Positions 12,694 through 25,750 of a stretch of DNA of 64,000 bases are shown here, in pieces. Position numbers and translations under genes: made by a program. The notes below the pieces were generated by a model. That model was not told where the DNA came from. It did not search any database and was given only the letters and a program-made list of their open reading frames with translations. The first letter of the stretch is position 1. Each line of letters begins with the position of its first letter. The stretch spans positions 14,694,001 to 14,758,000 of the forward strand of contig CM060731.1 of NCBI GenBank assembly GCA_030704615.1, read 5' to 3'. Source of the DNA: Takakia lepidozioides (lineage: Eukaryota > Plantae > Bryophyta).

Positions 12694-13953
12694 TTATCCA
12701 AATCCTTCTGTCAAGACGTCAGCCACAGTTAAATCACTCTTACCATGGCCAGCATGATCCACTAAATTTTTTATAACTTCATTACTTCTACGTGCAGAAC
12801 TTCTAAAACTTCGCTCTGAGCTATAGACAACGGTAGAGCCGTCGTCACTGAGGAACCCACTGCCTAACTTGTGGTCCTCGGACTCCCGAAATGACAGCAT
12901 CCTTCCTGAACAAGAGAGAAACCTTCCAGAACAAGAATACAGAAATCTTCCAGAACACGAGAACTGATACCAGGAACCCTTTCGCCTGCGCCTGGATGAC
13001 AGCTGGGCGGACACCGAGTCAGAATCATCGTCTATTTCCCAGCTCCCAACACTCGGAACTATATCATCATCCGTGTCTAATAATCTGCTGAAAAATTTAT
13101 CATCTGATGCTGCTTCACTTGAACTTGCCGATCGTCCTTGCGCTAGATACTCTCTTATCCTTGTCGATTGTGACAGTAACGCGGGCTGAATAATCCTGCT
13201 ATGCGCTCCCAGATCAGGGGAGACACAATTCAAACAGCCTGGAGGAGACGAAGCCTGGCTGACAGGTGTGCCCTCTTGCAATGGCTCTATGATCTCTGAT
13301 GATTCCGTTTCCACTTCCCGACTAATCTTTGACCCCTCCGTTGAAAGCGTCTGTTCATCCGAGGTGGCTGGAGACGAAGAGTCTCTGCGTATTGAGGGGG
13401 GATCCAGGTGTAGCTCTAACTCATCCGAGGCTCCACTGTGATCTGTCACAGTCGAATTAAATTCAGAGCTAGTTTTTGATGCTTCATGATACTGTTTAGC
13501 CAAACCAATGAACTTGTCCAGTACTTGCAGTGCCCAACCCACTTCCGGATCCGAGGTCTCCACGCACTCATTCTTTATCTCCCTGGGCCCTGAATGGTCC
13601 TCAAGAATGCTGATAGTTGGCTCTGAGGTTATGCCAGTTTGAGGCAAGCCTTTCCTTGATGTCAGGACAGGCACATACGCCTTAGTTACGTGATCTGCCT
13701 TTCTTGGCGGGACAGAGGGATCTGGACCGCAACAATTGTTCTTTTGATGGTCATCGGATGTATCCGTCATATGCATCTGAGGCAACGGAACGACCCGCCC
13801 TGACCCACCAATAGTCCTACTTGCATTCTGCTCTTGGAAGGCCTTCCCAACGATCTCGTTGTAACTCGCCTTGCTTCGAGATATTGTCACTGAAGGCATT
13901 TGTAGCTGAGGACTTGGGGACAATTTATCATACTTACGAGAGTAAGACTCCAT
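12694..13953 (-). CDS. Uncharacterised Ser/Asp-rich, probably disordered protein (419 aa from ATG 13953; frame open to 14049)
   Basis: About 1.35 kb uninterrupted ORF with no TE motifs. C-terminal repeat SCSGRFL/SCSGRML. May have upstream exons. Confidence 0.6.
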   Translation of the reverse strand: MESYSRKYDKLSPSPQLQMPSVTISRSKASYNEIVGKAFQEQNASRTIGGSGRVVPLPQMHMTDTSDDHQKNNCCGPDPSVPPRKADHVTKAYVPVLTSRKGLPQTGITSEPTISILEDHSGPREIKNECVETSDPEVGWALQVLDKFIGLAKQYHEASKTSSEFNSTVTDHSGASDELELHLDPPSIRRDSSSPATSDEQTLSTEGSKISREVETESSEIIEPLQEGTPVSQASSPPGCLNCVSPDLGAHSRIIQPALLSQSTRIREYLAQGRSASSSEAASDDKFFSRLLDTDDDIVPSVGSWEIDDDSDSVSAQLSSRRRRKGSWYQFSCSGRFLYSCSGRFLSCSGRMLSFRESEDHKLGSGFLSDDGSTVVYSSERSFRSSARRSNEVIKNLVDHAGHGKSDLTVADVLTEGFG

Positions 13954-14981
13954 GAACTCAGCTTTACATGAAACAGTTGGCGAGTTCTGCAGCTTCGTAC
14001 AGATCCTCGATGCTGGCCAATAACACCTGCAGCTACACGCCAAATTCAAGCATATGAGCAGAGCCCATATTGCAGCTTACATGTATGAGATAATTTCACT
14101 AATTTTCTGACGTCCGTCTATAAAGGCAGTAGAGCTCTAGTTAATATTGATCGAGTATTGAGTTGGCCTATATTCTCTCCAGGATGCATGCAGCAATTGA
14201 TCTGATAATCAGGTAAACGTAGTGCAGAGATAGTGCAGAATCTCCTTGGTACACGGATATTGGCCGGGCTGGTGATCGATCTCCGGGCCAATTATCATGA
14301 TGGTGCAGGGGGCGAGAGAGACAGACAGACAAAGATCAGCTGCTGGATCTTGAACTAGGCCAGAACACGAGTGAGAAGAGCTAGCATGACTAGCTTCTGG
14401 TTACAGCTATATTGAGCATTTGATCTTCGCTGACTCGCATAATTAGCGCAAGCTGCCTCTCGATGATCTTCAGAGGGTGGCTCAGTAGTGCAGGGGAGTA
14501 CTATTATAGGTATCGGAAGAGAGATTTCGCAATTGAACACAATCTGCAGAATCTGGCTATCTAGTACACGATCCTTCAAACTCAACCGCAGAGTAACTTT
14601 AGATGTACTAGGAACAACGCTGAGTATTAGCTCAACGTAGGTCGTCGGTTTCCTTAGAGAAAGCGAATGACACAACTTCGTATGAGTAGAGATGAACGAT
14701 TCTCTTCAGGAACCCTTAATCGCACAAATTCTAGGGATTAGGTACTATGTTTCTGTACATCTAGAAATATATTCCGTCCAAGTAGGTGGCTTGGTTAGGT
14801 GGCTTGGTTCAGGACAGCGATTCCATCGGTAAGTGACCAAGATCGACTAAGTTCGCAGCAATCACAATGAGATGCTAAAACTAACCTGTGGAATTCTCTC
14901 TTCCGGGAACGTGTACGAGGTCGAGATATTCACGTCGTCCAACGCTATCGTACACACAGCTCCTGTGTTTGAGCGATCCTT

Positions 14982-15125
14982 AACTTTCAATCTGATATCC
15001 CTCTGAGATATCAAACCAGGTCTTCATGTTTTTTTCCCATTGTCACTCTCCTCAACTTTCAATCTGATATCCCTCTGATATATCAAACCAGGTCTTCATG
15101 CTTTTTTCCCATTGTCACTCTCCTC
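14982..15125. repeat. 72-bp tandem duplication (2 copies)
   Basis: 14982-15053 and 15054-15125 are near-identical. Confidence 0.9.
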
Positions 15126-16906
15126 ATACGAAGGCGATCTACAACTTGAGCCTCGCATTGCCTTCCCCTCGCATACTGAGATCCAACATGTTGATCCTCG
15201 TATACGTTTCAGAGTGACTCCAATCCCCGCCCCGAGACGTAAATCCGATCATCAAAGTGTCATTGAACTGAACTCCAACTCCTGTTGTTCCCGGAGCTTG
15301 CATTCCCTGAATCTGTTTTCTAGCCGACACATGCGTAAACTGTGGCCGTGATCATTCGACTGACCTGTCCACCACAACTCTCCAGAGCGTGGCAGGCGAG
15401 GCGGCGGTCTGAAGCACTGGAATTAGAACCCAAGAAAACTGCATGACTCACCAACCAGCCACCTGTTTTCGCCACCGCCCCCAACATCTTCACACACAAA
15501 CTAAACTCACTTTTGTTTCAAACCCCTATCATGAACTAGATGCGGAGGTGGTGGACTCTCATATCATGATTATCACTTTCATGTGAAGAGATGGCCGAGC
15601 AAGAGAACATATTTGTCGTCCTTTGCTTTTGACTAGATCTGCAAATGACCATCATAAACCCCTCCAGGGATTTCATCATGAGATTAGCTTAGATGACTGT
15701 TCTGTGTTCTGTTAACAGGAACGGGCCAAAATTCAAGCCGGGTTTCTGGAAGTCGTCATGAAGTCCTTGCTTTGATTCTGTTGAGCTTCACGAGGCAATT
15801 GCCCATAGGCGCCGCTCAAATAAGAAATGAAAAGGGCCCCCATGTTAGGCTTAGCTTCCGTCAGTCTTCTTCTTCTCCTCCGAGTGGGGCCAGGCCGCCA
15901 CGGACAGCTCAAAAAGAAGCCGGACGTGGCTCCAACTTATCGAGGCTGTGGATCCCTCACACTGGGGTCGGTGTTGTGTAGTTTAAGTGTGCAGCTCCGC
16001 AAGCCTCACATTCAAAGCTTCCATTTTCTTCCCACGTGACCCACAACTGGGACTGCTTCAACGGTGGTCCCAATCCTGCAACAGTAGCCATCGGTGGGAT
16101 CTCACCCAACTTCTCACAACGTTAAATAACTGCCCCAAACAGACTCTGTTGATCTTGACTTTGGATTTGGTTTGTGAACGCTCCCCCTTTTCGAATAATT
16201 CACTAAGTTCACTACATCTGATCATTCTCTTGCAACCTTTCAAGTATTTGATCCAAACATGATGGAAATTTTCCTGAAGTGGAGGGTTAATTTCAGATTA
16301 CACGCACTGCAGGAGGCTCCGGGAGCGTCATGAGAATGCTACATCACAACATGAACAGCAGATGATGTGAACAGTTTTGGGTGGCACCACAACAACTTGG
16401 CACTTGGAGCTTGCCAGTTTAGTATTGTTTATTCAGCCTTCACACTTCTTTTCTCTTTTTCTTTTTCTTCTCACATTCTGACTATTTTTGGTCTAGGCTG
16501 CATCAACCAATCAAGAAAATTATTTTGGAAGCAAAAAAAGTCTATTATTAACCTTTTTGACACCTAAAAATTACTACCCATGCCCAGTAAAATGAGGCTA
16601 ACTACCTATCAAAAATCATCCAGAAAAATGGACCTTACACGTAGGTGTGCACTTGGCACCTACATGCACTCACCAAAAATGAACTTGTTTCACCGTCAAA
16701 TATGGGAGATTATATGGTTCTAGAGAGGATGGATTTTTGTTTCTGTTTTTTGAAAACATGGTTTTTAACCTTGACCAACTAATTTGAGAGGCTTTTAGAT
16801 TTTTGGGGAGTGTTTATTCCACACATTCCTAATCCGTGGTAGGAATGCCATAAATGAGGGGAAAAAATCAGGTTTAGCATGGGGGTGCTTTGTATGTGTT
16901 TGTTGT

Positions 16907-16968
16907 GGTGGTGGTGGTGGTGGTGGTGGTGGTGGTGGGGGGGGGGGGAGGGGGGGGGTGCGGGGTGG
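16907..16968 (+). repeat. (GGT)n microsatellite running into poly-G
   Basis: Seen directly. Confidence 0.9.
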
Positions 16969-17439
16969 AACTACCTTCATTACAAAGATTTAGAAATTGG
17001 GATTTTTGGCCTCCACAAGATGCTATGAAATATTGCACAAATTCAAAATCCCTCTGGTGAGGGAGTGACTCTCTTCACACCTACACCTTGGGTCCAAATT
17101 ATGGCCAAGCCAATGGTAGAAATTATAAAAATTGACACCCCAGTGGTTTGAAGTGTTGTCCAATCAACGTTGGCCACCCAACTCTATGTGGCCTCCCTCC
17201 ATGCAAGCATTTTGACCCACTGGGTTTTGAAAATTTGCGGACGTGGCAGACTTTCTCCAAATGGCATGCTGCCAATTGGAGATGATCTGTCATGTTGTCA
17301 GGTCATTATTGCTGAAGAAAAGAAAGAAACGACCAAAAATATTAAGATCTTGCAAAAGTTCCCGTTAATATATCATGTTCTATTAAACGTGAAACGGGTT
17401 CCATAGGAAGTTAAGGGTTAATAGAGAGAGAATTTATAA

Positions 17440-17990
17440 AGAGGCAACTTCATCATACTTCGATATCACCTGGGGCAAGGACGGCCAACTCGGCACCAGT
17501 CTTTCCCGACTTACATGCTGCCATTGGAAAGACGCAGTCCCGGAAGTCCCTTGGCGAGGTGGAGGAGGGCGCCTACAACTCGCGTCATCGACGTGCTCAT
17601 GATCCAAGCTCAAGACTCAGCTGAAGTTCTATACTTAGGATGGCCCAGCCGCCGGCATCCCTCAAGCTCCCCCAAATCCATTTCCTCACTGTAAGCCTTG
17701 ACGGCCTTACTGGTGGTTATCTTTTCCACCTTCTGCAATGAATTTGTGGGCCTCTGTCCCCACTCCTCCACCAAAAACAAAAAAATGAAAAAAAGAAAAA
17801 AAGTGAAAAAAAAAATTAGATTTTGAATTCTGTCAAATATATTGAGATAACTAGTTGTACAGAAATTATTACATGCTTAAGGTCTCCATGTCTTATTTGT
17901 TTTCTCTGTCCGTTGGTTAGGGGATAGTAGTCCATCTGTAGTTACTTTAGAGGCCCTGACGAGGTTGTTTTTTCCTTATATATATAATAA
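17440..17990 (+). mobile_element. Degenerate 3' end of an L1/Tx1-type LINE
   Basis: 17440-17500 encodes FDITWGKDGQLGT, similar to FDLSWGKNDVLCT at the end of the LINE at about 33600. A-rich tract at about 17775-17815. Confidence 0.45.
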
Positions 17991-18151
17991 TTAACTTGCC
18001 AAAAACTATTCATTCTATAATATTTCTGAATGGTTCACAAGGTAATCCCCTTTTTTCTTTTTCAAAAAGGTGACGCGCACATTGCGGTTGTGGCCAAGTG
18101 GTTTGGCATATTTGCTGATCCTATGTATTGGCCTGTGGGTGGCGTTCAATC

Positions 18152-21100
18152 CAGTGTTGGGCGGTTACCCGCCTAGGCCCCGGGTAACCGCCGGTTCCGG
18201 TTCCGGTTATGTGGAACCGGACCGGACCCGCCTGTGCAGAACCGGAACCGGAACTGGAACCGGAAATTGGGGATTGTGTGGGAACCGGAACCGGCGGTTC
18301 CAGCTACGACCACATGTGTGGGAACCCGGGTTTGGGGACTCTAAAGCGGTTCCGGTTCCGGCTGTAGGCCTAAGTGTCTCTACAACTCATCCAGCTCGCT
18401 CTCTCTCGCATACATCTTGCTCGCTACTCCAGTCCAGGTAAGGTTCGTGTTTCGTGTCTCCATCTCCTACTTTATTTGTTTGATTTCTCTCTCGCTCTCA
18501 TTTCATCTCCATCTCCCTTCGCTTTTCCTCTGAGGTTGATTGATTTAATGTGTTGTTTTGTTTCTTTTCTTCTCAGTTTATCGCACAAGAGGGGGCTGAT
18601 CTCTCTTCTGCTGCTGTGGCAGGTGGTGGACACAAAGGGAGGGAGTGTGAGCAGAAGGGCCATGCCAACCAGCCGTCGCTTGTTGTTGGTGAGCATCCAC
18701 CATGTTCTTGTTTTTTTTTAATTTTTTGGTTCAGCAGGGAGCTAATGGGCCCCATGCTCTTGTATTGTGGTAAGTGGCGCATTGGAGGGAGGAAGTGCGA
18801 GCAGGGAGGCCCGCGCAACCAGCCCCGTCGTCAACCAGCCCCTTGTTGGTAAGCATCCATCACTTTTGGTTATTTTACTGTTTTTAGCTTTAGTTCACCA
18901 TGAAGCTAATCAGCCTCCTCTTTTTCTGCTATGGCATGTGGTGCAGGAGGTAGGGAGGACGAGTAAGGAGGGCCCCACCTGCAACCAGCCCCCTTGGTCC
19001 ATGGTAATCATTGATCATCATTTTTCTTTTTCTTTTTCTTTTTCTTTTTCTGTTTTTTTTTATGATAGCCCCTTGCTCCACTATGGTAGATTTTACGGTT
19101 GAGGGAGCACAAGCAAGGAGGCCCCGCAACCAGCCCACATTACCCACTGGTAAGTATCTTCCTTTCTTTAATGTTTTCTAATTCTTGATACAATTGGGGG
19201 TTGATAAGATAGCCCCCCTTTGGCTTATGTTATGGCAGATTCTGCATGAGAGGGAGGGAGCCCAAAGCAGGGAGGGACCTGCCAACCAGCCCCCATTACC
19301 CGCTTGTAACTCCCTTTCATTGAGCTTTATATTTTTAGTTGTTTAAATTTTTGTTAAAAGAGGGGCTGATTAGCCCATTGCTCTTGTGCTACGGCTGATC
19401 GTGCATGGGAAGGAAAGGAGGGCAAGTAGGAAGGCTTGCCAACCAGCCCCTCTTGCACCGCACATGTAAGCATCCCCCTTCATTTATTTTTTCCATAAAA
19501 TTGGTATAGCAAGGGCTGATTAGCCGCTCCTAATGCAGATCACACACAAGAAGGAGGTCCAGTGCAAGTAAAAAAGCACGTCAACCAGCCCCTCTCATCT
19601 TCTAGTAAGCCCCCACCCTTTAGCTTAGTTTTTTAATGTTATTCTTTCCAATGTGTGGTACAACAAAAGGCTGATTCGCCCTTCCTCATAGTGATATGTT
19701 GCACTCGGGAAAGGAGCAGAAATAGGAGGCATCTTGACCCGCCAACCAACCCCCATTACCCGCGTGTACTTCCCTTTCATTGTTCTTTATTTTCTTAATT
19801 ATTTTAAGTTTCTCTGTGAGTTTTGATTTGTGGATGTCAAGAGGCGGAACTGACACTTTTGTTATCATAGCGCACTTTATTAATGAACAGTGGGAGCAAT
19901 GTCATGTGACTCTTGGCATGTTTGAGACACCTGACACATCTGGGGCTGCCATGGCACATCAAGTCAACAATCTTCTTGTGAAGTATGGCCTCAATACTCG
20001 CATTATTGCCTACGTCAAAGACGAGGGAGGTAACTTGGCCACTTTGACGAATGCTTTGAATTCGGTGGTCTCATGTGCGTGTTTGGGGTTGTATTCTCCA
20101 TTTGTGGGTAGTTGTTTTGGGCATGCAATGTCCAAGTGTTGCCAGTATGCAACAAATGATGCAAAAGTATGCGCAGATATGAGATCGGTTTCTGTAAAAA
20201 AATGCCCAATCAGAGTTGCAAAAAACCATTACTTGGACAAAAAAAAAGTGGCAAAGGGAGACAAGAATGGGCAAAGGCATGTGTGAACGGCGACATTCAT
20301 CCCCGCAAATTGAAGACTCCGGTGAAGACACGGTTTGCTTCCAAGGTGATCCTCTTTCAAGAGACTTTGGAGTTTAGGCAAACCATAATCACTTGTTATT
20401 CTAGGCAAACCTCATTGGCACTGCAGTCTCGCATACCAAGTCCACAAGTGTGGGCCATTGCCCAATCAATTTCTACAGTTCTAGGGCCTGTGGTTCATGA
20501 GTGCATTATGAATCAATCTGGGGGATTTTGGCTGTTGTCCGATGCTCTTAATGCAGCCATTGCCACAACAATTCACATGCGAGGAAGTAGTGTTCCCAGG
20601 GCTGCAACTGTGGATCATTGCATGGGGGATTTCTCAACAGAATTGACATTGTTGGAATGGCGGATGGCTCGAGAGGTGGTATATGTCTTGGAACCATTTC
20701 TTTCTTTTTTGGAAAGGTTTCAATCACGCAAAGCTCACAATATGCTCGCGCTTAAGCTTGACCCACGTTACAAGGGGTTGTCATTGGTATCACAATATGT
20801 GGGCAAAGAGCGTGTTTTGCTTATTGTGTCCCAATATGATAGCATGGTGTTAGAGCCTCTTTTGGTAAAGTGTTTCAAGGTCTTACATCCGGATACTCCG
20901 GCCCAATCACAGCCCACTTCCACAATGGACGAGATGTCCTTATTTGGTGTGCATGACCACAATGAAGACATGACATTGACAGTATTGAGAGAACAACTAT
21001 TACATTTCAGAAGGACGAAGATAATTGAGGGTGAGTGCGTGGCTCCTTTGAAATGGTGGAAAGAACACGAGTCTCTCTTTCCGTATGTGGGATTTTTTGG

Positions 21101-21234
21101 CACGGCTAATCTTGGGCATAGTTGGCTCTCAAATGAAGCTGAGAGGGGTTTTAGTATGCAGGTGTCATAACAAGCTTGAGACGGTGCAGGTTAAATATTG
21201 AAAACCTTGATATGCTTGTGAGTGTAGTCAAGAA
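18152..21234 (+). mobile_element. hAT DNA transposon, left end plus frameshifted transposase (about 19820-21234), truncated by a Gypsy fragment
   Basis: Terminus CAGTGTTGGGCGGTT with dense GGAACCGG/CCGGTTCC subterminal repeats. Motifs SFDLWMS, CFGHAMSK, KTRF, LDPRYK, PLKWWK..ER.FS..RCRL..ENLD (hAT dimerisation domain). Confidence 0.88.
18590..19780 (+). repeat. About 8 diverged ~150-bp tandem units inside the hAT 5' region
   Basis: Recurring CAACCAGCCCC, GTAAG(C)ATC, T-rich tract and GCT(G/A)AT motifs. Confidence 0.75.
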
Positions 21235-24200
21235 TCCGCAAGATCTGCTTCACCACGGAATTCACCCTCTCCGTTTGGCCGTCCGTCGTAGGTCGGAAGG
21301 CGGTGCTCATCTTGAGCCTCGTCCCAATCTTCTTCCAAAGTGCCCTCCAAAATTTACTCGTAAACTTTGGATCGCGGTCCGAGACAATATCCTTCGGGAG
21401 TCCATGATGCTTGAAGACGTGGGCGAAGTAAAGTCGCCCCGTCTCCTGTGCCGTTGCCGTCTCCTTGGTGGGGATGAACTGACCCATTTTACTGAACCTA
21501 TCCACCACCACCATGATTGCATCGAATCCTTTTGACAGCGGCATAACAGTCATGAAATCCATCGAGACACTTTCCCAAGACCCTTCTGGAATCGGCAAGG
21601 GTTGTAATAGCCCCACTTGTTTTTTGTATTCGCTCCTGTTTTGTTGGCATGTGGTGCATGTCTTGACATCCTCCTCGGCCTCCTCCCTCAGTTTGGGCCA
21701 GAAATACTCTTTCTTCAAGAGTGCCGCGGGGCGCTGGGCTCCGCCGTGGCCCGCAAGCGGACCATCATGACATTCTCTTAAGAAACTATCTCTGATCCCT
21801 CCCTTCGGCACGTAGAGATACTTTTGCTTGTACCGGAGCAGTCCATTTTGCAAGTGGAACTGCAATTTCTCGCATCACGGACTTCGCAATCTCATCCTTC
21901 CGGTAAGCCTTCCGGATCTTCCTTTGGAGCGTCATCTTGCCCCTGTACACCATCATGAGCTGCTGCTTTCTACTTAAAGCATCGGCCACCACATTGTCCC
22001 GTCCCGGTTTGTACTGGATATCCACGTCGAACAGTGCCAAAGTGTCTTGCCACCTAATTTGTTTTGGGGACAACTTAGGCTGCGTGGCAAAATACTTCAC
22101 CGTGACATTGTCCGTGAACACCTTCACCGGGTTGGAACCAATATAGTGGCGCCAAAGCTCAAGGCAATGCACCACCGCCTTCATTTCTTTCTCGTGCGTA
22201 GGCCACCGTCGCTCCACTTCATTCAGTTTCTTATGTAAGCCACTGAACGTCCATCCTGCATGAGTACACCCGCAATTGCGAAGTCCAACGCATCTGTATG
22301 GATCTCAAATGGACGGTCGAACTCCGGAATTTTGAGGACTGGAGCTTCCGCCATCCGCTGCTTCAACTCGGCAAAAGCTTGGCCACAAAAGGTGTTCCAT
22401 ACCCAGACTTTGGATTTACACAGGAGGTCTGACAGCGGCCCCGCGATCTTGGCGAAATTTCTCACATACTTCCGGTAATAGGAGACAAGTCCTAGGAAGG
22501 ATCGCACTCCTGGGACCGAAGTCGGAGGCTCCCAGTCCAAAATCGCCCTCACCTTTCTGTCATCCATTTTGATCCCATCATGTGTAATCACATGCCCCAG
22601 GAACTCCACTTTCGTGACCCCGAATTCGCATTTTGAAGCTTTGGCATACAGCTTCCCTTCTCGCAATTTCTGGAACGCCCTTTTTAGGTGCTCTAGGTGC
22701 TCTTCCTTTGTTTTCGAGTACACCAAGATGTCGTCGATATACACGATCAAAAAGTCATCCAACCACTCCTGAAAAAGGCTGTTCATTAGCGTGCTAAAGG
22801 TCGCGGGTGCGTTGGTGAGCCCAAAAGGCATCACCAAGAACTCATATGAACCATACCTTGTCATGCACGCGGTCTTCTCCTCGTCTCCTTCCGCCACTCA
22901 AATTTGATGGTAGCCGGAGCGCAAATCGATCTGGCTGAAATACTTCGCTCCTGCCAACCGATCAAAGAGGTCATCGATCCTTGGCAAAGGGTACCGGTTT
23001 TTGATAGTCACCTTATTTAGAGCCATGTAATCGACAGCGTCCCATCCTTCTTGTCTGCGAATAGCACCGGGGCTCCATAAGGTGACTTACTCGGCCGGAT
23101 GTACCCCTTTGACATTAGATCCTTGAGCTGAGTCTTCAGCTCAACCAACTCTCTGTGGCTCAACCGGTAGGGTGCCTTGGCAGGCGGCTCCGATCCCGGT
23201 ATCACCTCAATCTTGTCGGTGGCAAGTCGCTTGGTAAATCCTCCGGCATCACATCCTGGTATTTCTCCAAAATCCCCTTGATCCAATCTGGGCTCGGCTC
23301 CCCATCGCCTTCTCCCTTCACTTGTCTTACATAAAGCAAAAACTGGGGCTCGTGTGTCTCCTCCACGGCCCACTCCCTTGCTGACAGAAGGTTTATTCGC
23401 CCTCCCACGGGGTTGGGCGTTTCCGACACTCGTAAAACTTCGCCACCATGCTCACACGGTAGCGTGACTACCCTCTTGCGGCCATCTATGACCGCTCCGG
23501 ATCTGCTCAGAAATGTCATCCCCAAAATGAGATCCACTCCATCGATCTCGCAAATGGTGAAGTTCTCATGTCCCTCCCAACTCCCGAGTTGAAGAGGAAC
23601 ATCAAACGCCAACCTCGTCGCCAATTGTGGTTCTCTTTTTGCAGAACGCACCTCAATAGAGGCCCCCACATCACTTGTCGGGAGTCCCAACTTTCGTGCC
23701 GTTGTCGGTGTCATGAAGGAGTGCGACGCTCCTGTGTCCACCAACAACGACACGTTAGTTCCGGAGATTATCCCACTCACAAACATTAACTGACTCCCTT
23801 TTCGCAAGGCGCCAGTTTCCTGATACAACTCACAAAGAGTAGTTGCCTACCTTGCAAGTCTTGGCGACCATCACCTCCACCAAGCGGCAGATGGAAGCTT
23901 CAGACAACTCCGTGGTTGCCCGAGTCATATTCAATTGTCGGGGATTCGTGCACTTCTTGGCCATGTGCCCGGACTCCCCACAATTGAAGCACACTCCATC
24001 GAAGGTCGCCTTTTGTCCGCCATAAGGTGTCGCACCTGATTTTCCTTTCGGAGCACCGGGTGTCGTCTTGGCGTGTGAAGGCCCTCCCTTCGATTTCCAG
24101 GTGCCATTGTCGCCGCGTGGCCTATCCCACTTCTTTTCTGGTCGAAAGGAGTCACCCTCCCGCCAGGTCTTCTTGTGGTTCAGCTCTGTACGGCCTTGTC

Positions 24201-25750
24201 TTTCGCCCCTAAGGACATCCGAGAAACATTCAGCCCTCTCAATTGCCTCGTTCAAAGTCTTAGGTGGCTTCTCCTCCAACTTCCGTCTGGCCCACGAGGC
24301 CAGTCCCGCCACGAAGTTGAAGACCATTTCTGGTTCTGCCATGTCCTCGACTTCGAGCAACAGCACATTGAAAGCCTGAACATATCCCCAAATGTCATCC
24401 GTTTGCTTCAGATTCCTCATCTTGTCCCGGGCAAGCCATGACTCGTTGAGGGGCACAAACTGTCTCTTCATCAGTTCCTTGAACCCACTCCAGTTCAAAG
24501 TTTCCGGGTTTGGACCTCGGTCGTGAAGGCGTTTCTGCCACCATTGTTGAGCATAGCCCCTCAAATAGGTGGAAACCACCTCCACCCGATCCTCGTCACT
24601 CAACTTGGCCGCCCGGAAGTACTGCTCTAGCTCCAAGAGCCAGGTGTTGAGTGCCTTCCGATTTCGGACGCCCTCGAAGGTGCCAGGTTCCTTAGGCTTC
24701 ACCTTAAATTTTGCCTTGGTGGAAGTGACATTAGCCGCCTTCAACACGTCTTTCAACATCCCGCCAAACTGCGCCAACAACCCTTCCCAAAAGGCTGCTG
24801 GCATGGGAGACATCTATTGGTATGTCGGAGCTCTCGGAGATTCCTCGGGCTCCGACTCCTCAGATTCATCCCGTTCTTGAGTGGACTCATTTTCATGCCG
24901 CTTCGGTGACACGTCGCCCCCATCGGGCTCACCAGGATCATCATCTTTCGGGCCGTTCCGCTTTTGCTTTGGCTTGCCCGACCCCATGATGAGGCCAATC
25001 CCAAGGACGATCGCGTACTGAACTCTAAGCTCTAATACCAAGTGTCGCGCACCTCACTTCGGTAAGCTCCCCTTCAAGTCATAGTTACTCGCTTTGATGC
25101 GCGCGCCTAACTCCCTAACTGGCCGCCGGGCCAACTTAGAGCTTCGGCTGCTCACCGGGACATAATGGTCCCTACTCCTCCATAAGACCCTCTCCCAATT
25201 TGGGCCTAATGGAAATTCCCTTTGGTCAATGGCAGTCCGGAATAACTCCCCACACCTTGGTCGCTTTCCGGCTCGCACGCTTACTCACTAGTTTTTGGTC
25301 ACCAACGGGCTTGCACCGTTCTCGGGTTACTACATCCTATATATACTTCTGTGACTGTCCGCGGGGGTTTCACAAACAACCATGCCATTTTATGGCGAAC
25401 CACCACGAAAACCCTCGATTCCCGGTGATGAGTCGCGGTGAGTCTTGGCCCACCCACCATGGTCCCATTGGACCGTGATGAGTCCCAAGACTCCCCACGA
25501 CTCCCACCACAAGGTCTCCGCCCCCCTGGTGAGTCCTATGCCACCCCCACTAAGTCCCACTAAGCTAACACCACCCCCACCGCAATCCGGTGTGCGGGGC
25601 TCCACCTAGTGAACGCCTCTGCCTCCTTGAGTGCCTTGGGCACTCAAGGGTGTTTCAGCCCCCGCATCTATTGTCGCCACTGCCCCCACCACAGGGGCAG
25701 CCCCTCTCGTGTCCCGACCCCCTGCCCTCAAGGCAAAGGGCCGCGATACT
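21235..25750 (-). mobile_element. Ty3/Gypsy chromovirus, Galadriel-like (element E): 5' LTR (about 25750-25043), PBS, gag, PR, RT, RH and truncated INT
   Basis: PBS TGGTATTAGAGC (tRNA-iMet type, 25029-25040). Gag CFNCGESGHMAKKC. PR LVDTGASHSF. RT YIDDIL. RH ERRWPTHEKEMKAVVHCL..KLSPKQIRWQ. INT HxxxxxxH..Cxx[16 protein letters not shown]. Outer LTR boundary is approximate. Confidence 0.9.

Noticed and set aside
16548-17421. piggyBac-like non-autonomous element bounded by TTAA
   Set aside because: The right end (AAGGG-TTAA) fits, but the left end matches poorly, so no convincing TIR.
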